Under the pieces are notes generated by a model, which saw nothing but the letters and a program-made list of their open reading frames with translations, made no database searches and had not been told where the DNA came from. Shown one piece after another: positions 10,212 to 19,979 of a stretch of 64,000 nucleotides of DNA (position 1 is its first letter; each line of letters opens with the position of its first letter). The position numbers and the translations under genes were made by a program. Source of the stretch: Methanotrichaceae archaeon (GTDB lineage: Archaea > Halobacteriota > Methanosarcinia > Methanotrichales > Methanotrichaceae). The stretch spans positions 20,272 through 84,271 of the forward strand of contig CAWDLW010000024.1 of assembly GCA_963803145.1 (NCBI GenBank), in the 5' to 3' direction.

Positions 10212-10376
10212 TTATTTCACCGCTTCAAACGCATCCTTTGCCGCTCCACACTGAGGGCAAACCCAGTCATCAGGAAGGTTTTCGAAGGCTGTGCCGGGAG
10301 CAACTCCCGAGTCTGGATCTCCTTTCTCTGGATCATAAATATATCCACAAATTGTACATTGATATTTTTGGGCGAT
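10212..10376 (-). CDS. Rubredoxin (54 aa), absent from the ORF track; apparent ATC start
   Basis: Manual translation (I/M)[53 protein letters not shown]; two CxxCG motifs; stop abuts the fprA ATG. Confidence 0.93.
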   Translation of the reverse strand: MAQKYQCTICGYIYDPEKGDPDSGVAPGTAFENLPDDWVCPQCGAAKDAFEAVK

Positions 10377-10521
10377 TTTCGCACATCCATTTGATTTATC
10401 TCGAAATATCTGCTTTAAAATTATTGAGGCCGATTGTACTTAAACATTCTTTTAAAATTCAAAACGGATTAATCAGGGAGCTCGCCTCAAAACTTCCAAT
10501 TTGATAAAGGAGTGGATCTGA

Positions 10522-10719
10522 TTGGGCGGCGAAATTATCGGGCCGAATGAGGCGGCATTGATAAGATTCCTAAATAGTAGAGGCAAGTACTTCAGTATAT
10601 CTGATCCCGATGGCCTCAGAAAGCTCTCTAGAAGCTTTGCCTTTTCCGAGGGGATTGTGCGCAATACATTAGGCGCTATGGGATTCATTCCACTGAGCAT
10701 AGCCATGTTATATTACTAA
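10522..10719 (+). CDS. Possible small hypothetical protein (65 aa)
   Basis: TTG start after a GGAGTGG SD-like sequence; fills the gap before the Fe-S gene; no recognisable motif. Confidence 0.3.
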   Translation: MGGEIIGPNEAALIRFLNSRGKYFSISDPDGLRKLSRSFAFSEGIVRNTLGAMGFIPLSIAMLYY

Positions 10720-10751
10720 AGAAGGATAATACTCTAGATGGACCTGATTAA

Positions 10752-11447
10752 ATGGCCAAGAGAAAGGTAATCAAGATAGATGAATCCAAATGCACTGGCT
10801 GTGGTGAGTGCACTGCAGCCTGTGCCGAGGGTGCGATTGAGCTGAGGGATGGCAAGGCCAGAGTTGTAAGTGATCGATTCTGCGATGGTCTGGGCGCTTG
10901 CCTGGCAATATGTCCTGCAGGCGCCTTGACTATCGTTGAGCGTGAGACTGAAGAGTTCGATGAGCAGGCAGCCAAAGAGCACCAGATGGAGACGGTTATA
11001 CCTCTAACCCCTTGTACAGCTCCCGTCAGCATGACGCCGGATAAGCAGCCAAAAGCAGAAGCGGGAGTGCCAGTTCAGCCTTCCCAACTCACCAACTGGC
11101 CGATACAGATGAGATTAGCCCGTCCAGGTGCACCTTACTTTAAGGGTGCAAGTCTGCTTATAGCCGCAGATTGCACGGCCTTTGCCTATCCCAATATCCA
11201 GGATCTCCTAAGTGGCCGCGTAACTCTAGTGGGATGCCCAAAGCTCGATGACCAAAAGCAATTTGTGGATAAGCTGGCGAGCATCCTGAAGGAGAATGAT
11301 ATCAAGGACATAACAGTTCTGCATATGACAGTTCCCTGCTGCACCCAGATCACACGCCTCATCTCCCAGGCTGTGAAACAGGCTGGAAAGGAAATACCTG
11401 TTAGCGATTACATCGTGGGGATCCGGGGTCGGATTGAAAAAGGATGA
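10752..11447 (+). CDS. 4Fe-4S dicluster ferredoxin-domain protein
   Basis: CTGCGECTAAC, CDGLGACLAICP, then NWPIQ, ADC, GCPKLD, VPCC. Confidence 0.85.
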   Translation: MAKRKVIKIDESKCTGCGECTAACAEGAIELRDGKARVVSDRFCDGLGACLAICPAGALTIVERETEEFDEQAAKEHQMETVIPLTPCTAPVSMTPDKQPKAEAGVPVQPSQLTNWPIQMRLARPGAPYFKGASLLIAADCTAFAYPNIQDLLSGRVTLVGCPKLDDQKQFVDKLASILKENDIKDITVLHMTVPCCTQITRLISQAVKQAGKEIPVSDYIVGIRGRIEKG

Positions 11448-11527
11448 TTCCTCTTAAATCAAGAGTTAAGATCGCAAGATCAAGTGAGATTAGAAAAGTT
11501 TATTCCTTCCGGCGATAAGCTACGGCT

Positions 11528-12568
11528 ATGGAGGCCAGCCGTAAGTTCGATATCGCTGCCGTAGCAATAGTATTCCTGGTATTCATCGCCACGGTTTATC
11601 TAACAAAGGACTTCCTATCGACGATCTTGCTAAGCATTGTCATGACATTTCTTCTTAAGCCGGTCTATGCGAGATTGCTTCGGCTTACAAGGCAGCGGCA
11701 GATCTCATCGTTTCTTGCCATTCTTGTGGTATTCATTATAATTCTGGCTGTACTTTTGGGCATGACTAGTGTGCTTCTGATAGAGATATCGAACCTCCAA
11801 AAATCAGGAGATATTGCAGATATCACCGTAACCAATCTCTCTCAAGATCTCAATAAGTGGATGGAGACAAATCTCCCCGCGCCAGTATCGGGATACATAA
11901 AGGAAATAGGCGATATCCCTGCGACCATAGCCTCCTGGGCGCTTCCTATTATAGAGGCACAGCTATCGGGATTTGCATCCAACTTGCCGATATTATTTGC
12001 CCAATCGATCGTAGTAGTATTCTTTACTTACTATATACTCATTGACGGCAAATACTTTGTAAGAAAAGCAGTAGAGATTATGCCTAAAACGAGGATGGGA
12101 TTGGCTAGCCATTTCCTGCAGGAGCTGAACGCAATCTACACCACCCTTTTTACAGTTTACTTCACAACCTCGATGCTGAGCGGAATTCTGGCTGCGATCG
12201 GGTTCTTTCTGCTGGGGATACCTTATCCGCTGATCTGGGGAATCATCGTGGCCATCTTCACTCTAATACCTCTTCTTGGGCCACCTTTTGTGATCGTGCC
12301 CATTGCATTATATTATCTGCTGCTTAAGGATTATGCAATGGTGATTGCCCTAGTTGCCTTTGGAATTATTGCGCTCATGATCATACCGGAGAACGTCTTG
12401 CGACCGCAACTAGCGATAAGAAGCGCCAGAATCCATCCGATCGTCACAGTCCTTGCCTATACAGCACCAGTATTCGTTGTAGGGCTCATGGGGGTTATTA
12501 TCGGACCGGCCCTTTATGGGTTTCTTCTGGCGGTCTATAGGACAATTGTATATTATCGAGAGATCTAG
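11528..12568 (+). CDS. AI-2E (UPF0118) family transporter
   Basis: Multi-TM protein with FFTYYILIDG, LIPLLGP and ENVLRP...IHP motifs. Confidence 0.82.
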   Translation: MEASRKFDIAAVAIVFLVFIATVYLTKDFLSTILLSIVMTFLLKPVYARLLRLTRQRQISSFLAILVVFIIILAVLLGMTSVLLIEISNLQKSGDIADITVTNLSQDLNKWMETNLPAPVSGYIKEIGDIPATIASWALPIIEAQLSGFASNLPILFAQSIVVVFFTYYILIDGKYFVRKAVEIMPKTRMGLASHFLQELNAIYTTLFTVYFTTSMLSGILAAIGFFLLGIPYPLIWGIIVAIFTLIPLLGPPFVIVPIALYYLLLKDYAMVIALVAFGIIALMIIPENVLRPQLAIRSARIHPIVTVLAYTAPVFVVGLMGVIIGPALYGFLLAVYRTIVYYREI

Positions 12569-12748
12569 AATCCAGAAGTCTAGAGTCTAGTGGTCTATAA
12601 CCGAGCAGTTTGTGACCAATCCTCTGAAAACTTAGAGATATATAATCAGAGAGTTTGCGATCTTAAAACATTTCAGAACGCGAACAAGCATGGAAAGCTT
12701 TATCTCTTTTTATAGGCCATTAGTAGTTTCCAGTCCTACGGAGTTTTA

Positions 12749-14032
12749 ATGATGGGTTCGGAGAATTCTGGCGCGATTGAGGTCGCAGAGCTTCTGCTCA
12801 CTGCAGATATCTATAACCGCTCAGGGAATTTGACTGAGGATGACCTACCATCCAACATAAGGAAGCATTACTTCGATATCGATGCGAAGTGCATCAAGCG
12901 GCCAATATACGTGACGGGACAAGATATACAGCAAATATATGGGATAGACAATATTAAAAGTGTTATAAAAGATCTGCCGTTCGTTAGTTTTGAGGAGTTC
13001 GGATCGCAGCTCAAGCTCACAGTCTTTGACGTTGCAGCAAAGTGGTTTGCAAACCAGAAGCCCATACCGAGAATAATGTCGAACCCGGTATTGGCCTATT
13101 TCTACGAGAATTACAACTCATTAAAAGTTAGCTACTCAGAAGCCAAGAGAAACAATAAGCCTCTAAGCGCCGACCGCGAATGGATCGAATCAAGAATCAA
13201 GGAGCTCTGCAAAGATGCAAAGGAATCCGATGACCTTCTCAAGCTTGTGAACGTCAAGGCGCCTGAGGATGTTAGAGACTCCATTGAAGAGCTTGTGCTG
13301 ACGGATGATCAGAAGATGGAGATTGAGAAGATCGGCAAGGCTCTGGAGTACAGGTCTTACCTTAGAGATATCGGACTTTATGATATTGGAAAGCTTCTCT
13401 TCGTCGGACCGCCTGGAACAGGCAAGACATCGACTGCTCGCGCTCTCTCAAAGTGGTTCTCTTTGCCGATTGTAGAGGTCAGGCTGTCGATGGTAACCTC
13501 ACAATACCTGGGCGAGACCTCGAAGAATATCGATAAGGTCTTCGATCTTGCAAAGAAATTGTCCCCTTGCATTCTCTTTATAGATGAGTTCGACTTCGTT
13601 GCGAAGACTAGAACATCGGATGAGCATGGAGCAATTAAGAGGGCAGTGAACACTCTGCTCAAGGCAATAGATGAGATCAGCCTTGTTGAGGACGGAGTCT
13701 TGCTGCTTGCTGCTACGAATCACCCTCAACTCCTTGACTACGCCGCATGGAGGAGGTTTGATAAAGTCCTCAACTTCCCGTTGCCGGATGCTGAGATCAG
13801 GCGCAAAATTCTAGATAGCGTACTCTCAAGGATCAACAAAAAGGTGGATACTCAGGAGCTTGCAGAGCTGACCGATGGCTACTCAGGCTCTGACTTAAGG
13901 CTAGTGATCAGGGAAGCCGTTCTGAACGCTCTAATTGAAGATAGAAAGAACATAAACCAGGAGGATCTACTGAGATCCGTGGAAGATTTCGGCAAAAGGA
14001 TATCCGATTACAAGCGGAGCATAACCGCATGA
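12749..14032 (+). CDS. AAA+ family ATPase
   Basis: Walker A GPPGTGKT, Walker B ILFIDEFD, AATNHP..LD.A.WRRFD, GYSGSDL. Confidence 0.92.
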   Translation: MMGSENSGAIEVAELLLTADIYNRSGNLTEDDLPSNIRKHYFDIDAKCIKRPIYVTGQDIQQIYGIDNIKSVIKDLPFVSFEEFGSQLKLTVFDVAAKWFANQKPIPRIMSNPVLAYFYENYNSLKVSYSEAKRNNKPLSADREWIESRIKELCKDAKESDDLLKLVNVKAPEDVRDSIEELVLTDDQKMEIEKIGKALEYRSYLRDIGLYDIGKLLFVGPPGTGKTSTARALSKWFSLPIVEVRLSMVTSQYLGETSKNIDKVFDLAKKLSPCILFIDEFDFVAKTRTSDEHGAIKRAVNTLLKAIDEISLVEDGVLLLAATNHPQLLDYAAWRRFDKVLNFPLPDAEIRRKILDSVLSRINKKVDTQELAELTDGYSGSDLRLVIREAVLNALIEDRKNINQEDLLRSVEDFGKRISDYKRSITA

Positions 14033-14772
14033 AGATCACGCTTCTTGGAACAGGCGATGCCATAGGGACTCCCAAGATCGGCTGCAAATGTCCTGCCTGC
14101 ATGGATGCACTCCGTGGCGGAAGAAGCAGAAGGATGAGGTTCTCTGTTCTCGTTGAATCAGATGAGGACGAGGGAAGGGTGCTCGTGGATACGAGCCCGG
14201 ACCTCAGATGGCAGCTTCTGAAGAGAGATATAAGCTCAGTTGATGCAGTTATATGGACTCATGCACATTATGATCATTATGCAGGCTTTGGAGACTTTCA
14301 CCGCGTTCAGAGCCATGTGGATGTTTTTGCATTGAAGGATACAATGGATTATATCCTAAACTACCTCTACTTTCTGAAACCAATGCGCCACGATGTGCTG
14401 GCTTATGAGCCATTTGAGATTGCTGGAATGGAGTTCACTCTTTTTAAGGTAAATCACCCTCCAACAGAAACTGCTGGGGCTCTCATAACTAATGGATGTA
14501 AAAAAGTTGTTATAACCAGCGATACCAATCTCGATATTCCACAGGAGAGCCTGGATCTTATAAAGAATGCCGACCTGATGCTGGCAGATGCCATAATGCC
14601 CCCCGGCTACAATCTAAATAAGCACATGAATGCTGAGGAGGCAGTTTGCCTTGCCAGGAATTTGGGCGTAAAGGATCTCAGGCTCACTCACTTAAGCCAT
14701 CTTTATCCTCCGCATGAAATAGCCCTCAAGACCTGGCCTCTGGGCCACGATATGATGGAGATTGTCTTGTGA
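14029..14772 (+). CDS. MBL-fold metallo-hydrolase (PhnP-like)
   Basis: LLGTG..GTPKIGCKCPAC, THAHYDH, THLSH; ATGA overlap with the ATPase. Confidence 0.88.
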   Translation: MKITLLGTGDAIGTPKIGCKCPACMDALRGGRSRRMRFSVLVESDEDEGRVLVDTSPDLRWQLLKRDISSVDAVIWTHAHYDHYAGFGDFHRVQSHVDVFALKDTMDYILNYLYFLKPMRHDVLAYEPFEIAGMEFTLFKVNHPPTETAGALITNGCKKVVITSDTNLDIPQESLDLIKNADLMLADAIMPPGYNLNKHMNAEEAVCLARNLGVKDLRLTHLSHLYPPHEIALKTWPLGHDMMEIVL

Positions 14773-16326
14773 GCCTTTTCCGGATATTATCATTATCCGT
14801 TGCGTTCGTTCTTTTATTTCTCACAATCTCTGTTTTATCATCATCGCCTTCAGCCCATTCAAATAGCCTATCCGAATCAGAGTATAGGGGCAGTGGGCTA
14901 TCCCTGGAATATCCTGAAGATTGGATTGTGACGGCTTTTGGGAAAAGCCCATGCGGAAACCTGAGCATGCGGTCTCATGATGCATACATTTTCCTCACTT
15001 GGGTACGAGATCCAGGGGTTGAGCCGGAGAAGGTACTTGATCAAATAGATAAGACCTATAGTGGTGATGAAATAAAGATCATCTCATCGACGCATAGTCG
15101 AATGAGGATAAATGGTGAGAATGCTTCCGTCCTTGATCTTTATTACACAATGGGAAAATATGGCTCAAGGAAACGTTTTGCAGTCTGGAACTCAAGCGTG
15201 TCCGATAGGCTATTCTTCGCCACACTATCAAGCAGCAGCGAGAGCTACGACCTGAGCACCTTAGCCTTCAATCATATGCTTGAAACGTTCTCAGATGTGC
15301 GAGATAGAAGGGCAACAGCACTCAAGCAAAGGACTGTAAAGGGCGATGCTTGGGGCATTGTGCTTGAAGATCTGCTTGCAAGCTACAGCTATAAGGATAC
15401 GTCCACACTACTATCCAGGAAGGTGTATCTGGAAACTATGCATTCGCTAATGCCATCAAACGGGACTTATCAGCTCTCTTCAAGGGACCAAATAAAAGTC
15501 GATCCCCAGTTAGCGGCAGCTTCCAGGGCTGCCGCGGTGCAAGATCTGCTCAATCAAAAAGGCTATGAGACCAGGCTGATCCAGAGAGGCGGAAATATCT
15601 GGGTTGCTGCTCGGGATACCGCGGGCAGCTGGCAGCTTGTATCCTTGAACCCTAGGGAGCCTGGGAAGATGATAGGCGTCCCAATATATGATGGAGAGGA
15701 GGGCATAGTTTATACGGATATTTCAGACCTGGCTGAAGACAACCTAATGGATCTGGGCAATAGTATTACTAATAATAGCATCCAGAGCAGCCAGATCATA
15801 CGCAAAGATTGCGAGCCCTCCAGGTACGTTGAACTCAGAGAGGCCATCCTCGGAAAATAAATCCTGGACCGAAAACTTGCAGAAGGTTCTTGATAGCTAC
15901 GATTATGGCCAGAGCTATCGGGAGAACGTCTTCGACTGCTCAAATACTTCTCAGATATGCTGGTCGATTCTGCAGGGTAAGGGATACGATGCCAGGCTTA
16001 TGATGAGCTATAAGGGCCATCCGCTTGATCCCCATATGTGGGTCGTGGTGCGATATCCATACGAGGCTGAGAGATATGTGGCTATTGAGGCTACGAACAC
16101 GGATAAGAGCAAGAAGCTGATTCATCTTGGGATGATCACGATGAAAGATGACTACTATAAGGGTATAATGTACAATACCAGTGCGCAGTTTTCCTGGCTG
16201 CATCCTGAGGAAGGGAATCGTCAGCAGCTTATTATCGAGAATATAATACAAGAGTATAATTTTAAAACATTTAAAATTAGATGTTTAAGATTGTTTTTAT
16301 TCTTGCTTTGCCCTCTTCAGAGCTGA
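14769..16326 (+). pseudogene. Exported protein with a C-terminal transglutaminase/papain-like Cys-His-Glu domain, split by a frameshift near 15838 (ORFs 14769-15860 and 15829-16326)
   Basis: Signal peptide; ORF2 has FDCSN..HMWV..IEAT; ORF1 has a degenerate copy (LLASYSY..KGYETRL..IWV); the frames join if one base is removed at CTCAGAGAGG. Confidence 0.6.
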
Positions 16327-17901
16327 GCATCTTCTCCAGCTCATTTCTTACTAGCTCTCCGATCTGCGCCTGATCGATAATATGGCTTTGGCTTATGAGT
16401 TCATCCTTTTTGTCTACGAACACCGTCTCATGTTCTCCAAATATCCTAATAGGCTCGACAAAGAATGGTTTCTGCCCGTCTCTTAGCCGTTTTTGGGAGG
16501 CTTCCAATTTATATTTTAAGCCGTTGGTTCCGTAAAAGTAGTTCCTCAATGCTTTTTTGGTTATCTCTGTATAGCCATGGACTCCTAAGATATTGTTCTC
16601 ATTCCTGTCAATGTACTTTATTGCTTCATTTATTATGCTGTAAATACGATTTTCGAAGGTGCCCTCGATATTATAGCTCTCTGTATCGCCTCCATATGGA
16701 TTCCTCAGCAAAATCAGGATATCATTTAAATTGCCGTCACCTATCTTGCGGTAAACTATTATTTTATCTTCAGAAAGCCCTGTATATTCACAAACTGCAT
16801 CTACTATTTTGCCTGCACTAAGAAATCCTCTTACAAAAACAAATGCCCTCTCCGCTTTAGTGGGATTACAATTGAAGAGTCTTCCATCTTTATCCAGAGA
16901 TTATTTACCAGAAGTTCTTCAGTCGAGCTTTTCTTGGAATAATAGCAGGGAATCAGTATAGGAGGAAATAGCTGTCCATTACCTTCATTTGGGCTACCGT
17001 TCATAGTACCCAAGAAAGCGCGCTGAATGCCAAGCACTTCATCCTGCTGCTCGGCACCGGGATAATTCCTCAAATCGATGAGCGGCTTCATGGCATCGTA
17101 AATTGATCTGTTTATAGCCGCATAGTTATCTCCGAATTTATCGATCAGTATCTGGTTATCAATCATAATCAGGCTATCGATGCCTGTCCCTGCCTCCTTA
17201 GTCAACAGATCGTACATAGCAATTACGGCGCCAAGATCCCTCTGTCCTTCCTCAGTGTTCTTACGATCTGTCCCTTTTTCTGTCAGAATACCTAATGCAA
17301 ATATAGGAAACTTCAGTTCCTCTGCCCGTACAGAGCTGGTAATGGGGTTTATGAAGCCGGTTCCTGTTCCTCCTCCAAGAGAAGCTATGAAAAGTATGCT
17401 ATCGCAAAGTTTCAGTTGCCGAGTTTTATTTACTTCATCTGGTTTTATAGATAAAGTAGTGAAAGACCGAATGCCCTGCCGCCAGATGTAGCCGGCAAGC
17501 GGATTCTTTTCTCCTTTAAACTCGTCAGTTGCTATGGATTGTAAATCTTCATCGGTCTCAAAGATCTCAAAGATGCCCTTAAGATATTCTGCACGTCTAT
17601 CATAGCCTGAAGCCTTGAGATCAAAGCCATATTTGTTAGTTACATAATCCTTAGTTTTAGAGTGATCTTCTATGCCCCCATGGCAGATTAGATAAAAAGG
17701 ATAGTTGCCGCTGGTAAGACTACTATAGAAAGGATTATCCTGGACTTCATGGCTTGCAGAATCAAGCCAAATGCCTTTAACATCTCCAAAAGCCAAATAT
17801 CCTCCAAAAGAGAACTTAGGTAGATAGGCATCTTGGCTTTGGAGTAACTGCGTTAGGATGTTACCTCCAGTGCCACCTATCCCAACAACATATGGTCTCA
17901 A
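16277..17901 (-). CDS. Divergent tubulin/FtsZ-superfamily GTPase (CetZ-like), ~540 aa, with a single frameshift near 16901
   Basis: TTG start overlapping the upstream stop; YVVGIGGTGGN (T1), SLGGGTGTG (T4 signature), IMIDNQ (T6). The shifted frame reads SLDKDGRLFNCNPTKAERAFVFVRG and runs without a stop into ORF 16277-16711. Confidence 0.85.
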
Positions 17902-18482
17902 TGTAAATCCCTCACGAAGCCGGAAAATACAGGCAACAATAACATAATCTGGGATGCAATCAGAGTCAAATATCCTAAGTTCCAAAAACTATTATCCTTG
18001 AGGGGATATATAGTGCCAATGTAGATGGAAATTGATATTGAGATAACTAGTAATAAAGGCACAAAGTATACGATGATGTTTTTCAGAGCCCTAGGAATTA
18101 CATAATATCCATAGATTCTCGGAATGCTGAAGGCAAGTAGGCCAGTGAGCAATATTACAGCAGCACCAAGGATAATTAGACCAAATTCATAGGACGCAGC
18201 TGCAGGAATTTGGAAGTAATTCCAGTTCTCGAAAATAGTGGGAGTCAGAAAGTATAGAAATACTAAAGCTACAAAGAATAGGCTCCAGGATGAGAGTAGT
18301 ACGGTGTTGAAGTTGGAGCCCTGAGAGATATGAAGCGCCTTTTTTAGATCATTAATTTCAACATTGCTGGATACTATCTTATTTAGCCTTGCCCTGATCA
18401 TATTCAGGTATGCAAAATGCAGGAGCCCCCCTAACAACATAATGCCAGCCAAGATGGCCAGAAGTTCTATCTCATACATCAT
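17898..18482 (-). CDS. Integral membrane protein (~5 TM helices) coupled to the tubulin-like gene
   Basis: Hydrophobic segments throughout; 4-bp overlaps with both neighbours. Confidence 0.8.
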   Translation of the reverse strand: MMYEIELLAILAGIMLLGGLLHFAYLNMIRARLNKIVSSNVEINDLKKALHISQGSNFNTVLLSSWSLFFVALVFLYFLTPTIFENWNYFQIPAAASYEFGLIILGAAVILLTGLLAFSIPRIYGYYVIPRALKNIIVYFVPLLLVISISISIYIGTIYPLKDNSFWNLGYLTLIASQIMLLLPVFSGFVRDLH

Positions 18483-19978
18483 CTGTAGAACCTCCTCTCG
18501 ACGAATATGCCTGCTAAAATGGCGACTATAACGATCGCCAGAAGGTTGCCCACTGCCTGGATTGAGGCTAGTTCATAGCTGATCAGCTTTGAGTTTATTT
18601 GTTTGGGCCCGTCAAACCACGTGGACTCGTACTTTCCATATTGATCAGGAGATGTATAAGTGAAGTAGTAGTGGAATGGCTGGTTGCGGTCTGCCACATT
18701 GAAAGGCTCTATATCTTCAAAGAGGATGTCTGTGTAATTAGACCCCGAGATATGTTCCGATTGAGATGATACCGGCTTTTTCGGGGACGAAGGAGTATCC
18801 GTATAAAGGGTAACAGTCACAGTATCTCCCTCGTTGTTCTGGCTTTTCATGCCGAGCCCAAAGGTGTATTTCTGCCACCAGTAGTAGTTATCGCTTTCAG
18901 GCCGGATCATCGGATTGCTGACTCTTATCTTAGAGATGGGTCTCAGGACTGGACCAGACATAACTTCACTCCATGTGGTATTCTCTCCACCGATCACTCC
19001 ATCGGTACATGAATAACGGTAGCTGAAGTTCTTACCTGCATCGCTCTCGTCAAATATGCCTTTATCTTTAGTGCTGAAGATAATAGGATCGCCCACAAGG
19101 AACGGCTTCGTGATATTGTTTATCTCTGTATCGTTTAAGAGGATGTGAAGTGTAACCTGATTGATATTCTGTTGGCCCTTATCTGCTGAAGATACCAGAG
19201 GCGTGCTAGTATGATCATCCTCCAATGATGCTGTATATTGGATAAAGTCGTCCCATCTCGCGGGATTTGGGCTGACTTCCATACTGCTATTGTTTACTCT
19301 AGGCGGTATGTTGTATACACTCATATTAAGTTCGCCATAGCACCCGTCTTTAGGAAAGTCCTTCTGTATACTAGAGTAATAGTTATACTGCCCATCTGAG
19401 ACTTTGATCCTTAATTTTGCATCTCCTACCTTTTTGAGATAGCCAAAAGATTCGAGATCTGGAAAGATCCTCATAGTGGCATTGGTCTTTTCATCGTACT
19501 CATTCACTTGTATTATCTGAGTGCCTGTCTTGGCAGGTTTGAATTCCTTCTCTCCGGGCTCCTGTATCTCCAGATCAAGGAAAAGGGCTCTCCTAATTTC
19601 TATAGGGTTTTGGTTAGAAATCACAGCGCCAATCTTTATATTTTCATCTCTAGATACTGTGGTATTATTCGTAGGCGGGTAATATACCCACACCGCGGGA
19701 GGAATGTATTTCTGTGTAGTAAACGGTTCCTTATATAGCAGCTTTTTAAGGTAATCAAACTTATCCGGGTAGTTATTCTTCCAGCCTTCAACCTGCCGGA
19801 TGAAGTTATCTATATCTGGCGATCTCGGACTTCCACCATCACTGCTTCGAGATACTGATGGCGATGGCGGAGAGATATCTATGCTGGGACCTTGGCCCCC
19901 GTCCTGACCTGAGGCCAAATGGCCTAAAAGTGAAGCTGCATATAATAGTATGAACCCTATCAGAAGAGCCCTTTTCAT
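18479..19978 (-). CDS. Exported protein with beta-rich repeats and a C-terminal membrane anchor
   Basis: Signal peptide MKRALLIGFILL..; repeats VSPNPARWDDFIQYTASL and IRPESDNYYWWQKYTF; C-terminal TM followed by ERRFYR; many NxS/T sites. Confidence 0.8.
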   Translation of the reverse strand: MKRALLIGFILLYAASLLGHLASGQDGGQGPSIDISPPSPSVSRSSDGGSPRSPDIDNFIRQVEGWKNNYPDKFDYLKKLLYKEPFTTQKYIPPAVWVYYPPTNNTTVSRDENIKIGAVISNQNPIEIRRALFLDLEIQEPGEKEFKPAKTGTQIIQVNEYDEKTNATMRIFPDLESFGYLKKVGDAKLRIKVSDGQYNYYSSIQKDFPKDGCYGELNMSVYNIPPRVNNSSMEVSPNPARWDDFIQYTASLEDDHTSTPLVSSADKGQQNINQVTLHILLNDTEINNITKPFLVGDPIIFSTKDKGIFDESDAGKNFSYRYSCTDGVIGGENTTWSEVMSGPVLRPISKIRVSNPMIRPESDNYYWWQKYTFGLGMKSQNNEGDTVTVTLYTDTPSSPKKPVSSQSEHISGSNYTDILFEDIEPFNVADRNQPFHYYFTYTSPDQYGKYESTWFDGPKQINSKLISYELASIQAVGNLLAIVIVAILAGIFVERRFYR

Positions 19979-19979
19979 A

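Noticed and set aside
17902-17985. N-terminal 28 aa of the 384-aa tubulin ORF
   Set aside because: Overlaps the upstream membrane gene; the T1 motif position and TTGA coupling support a start at 17901
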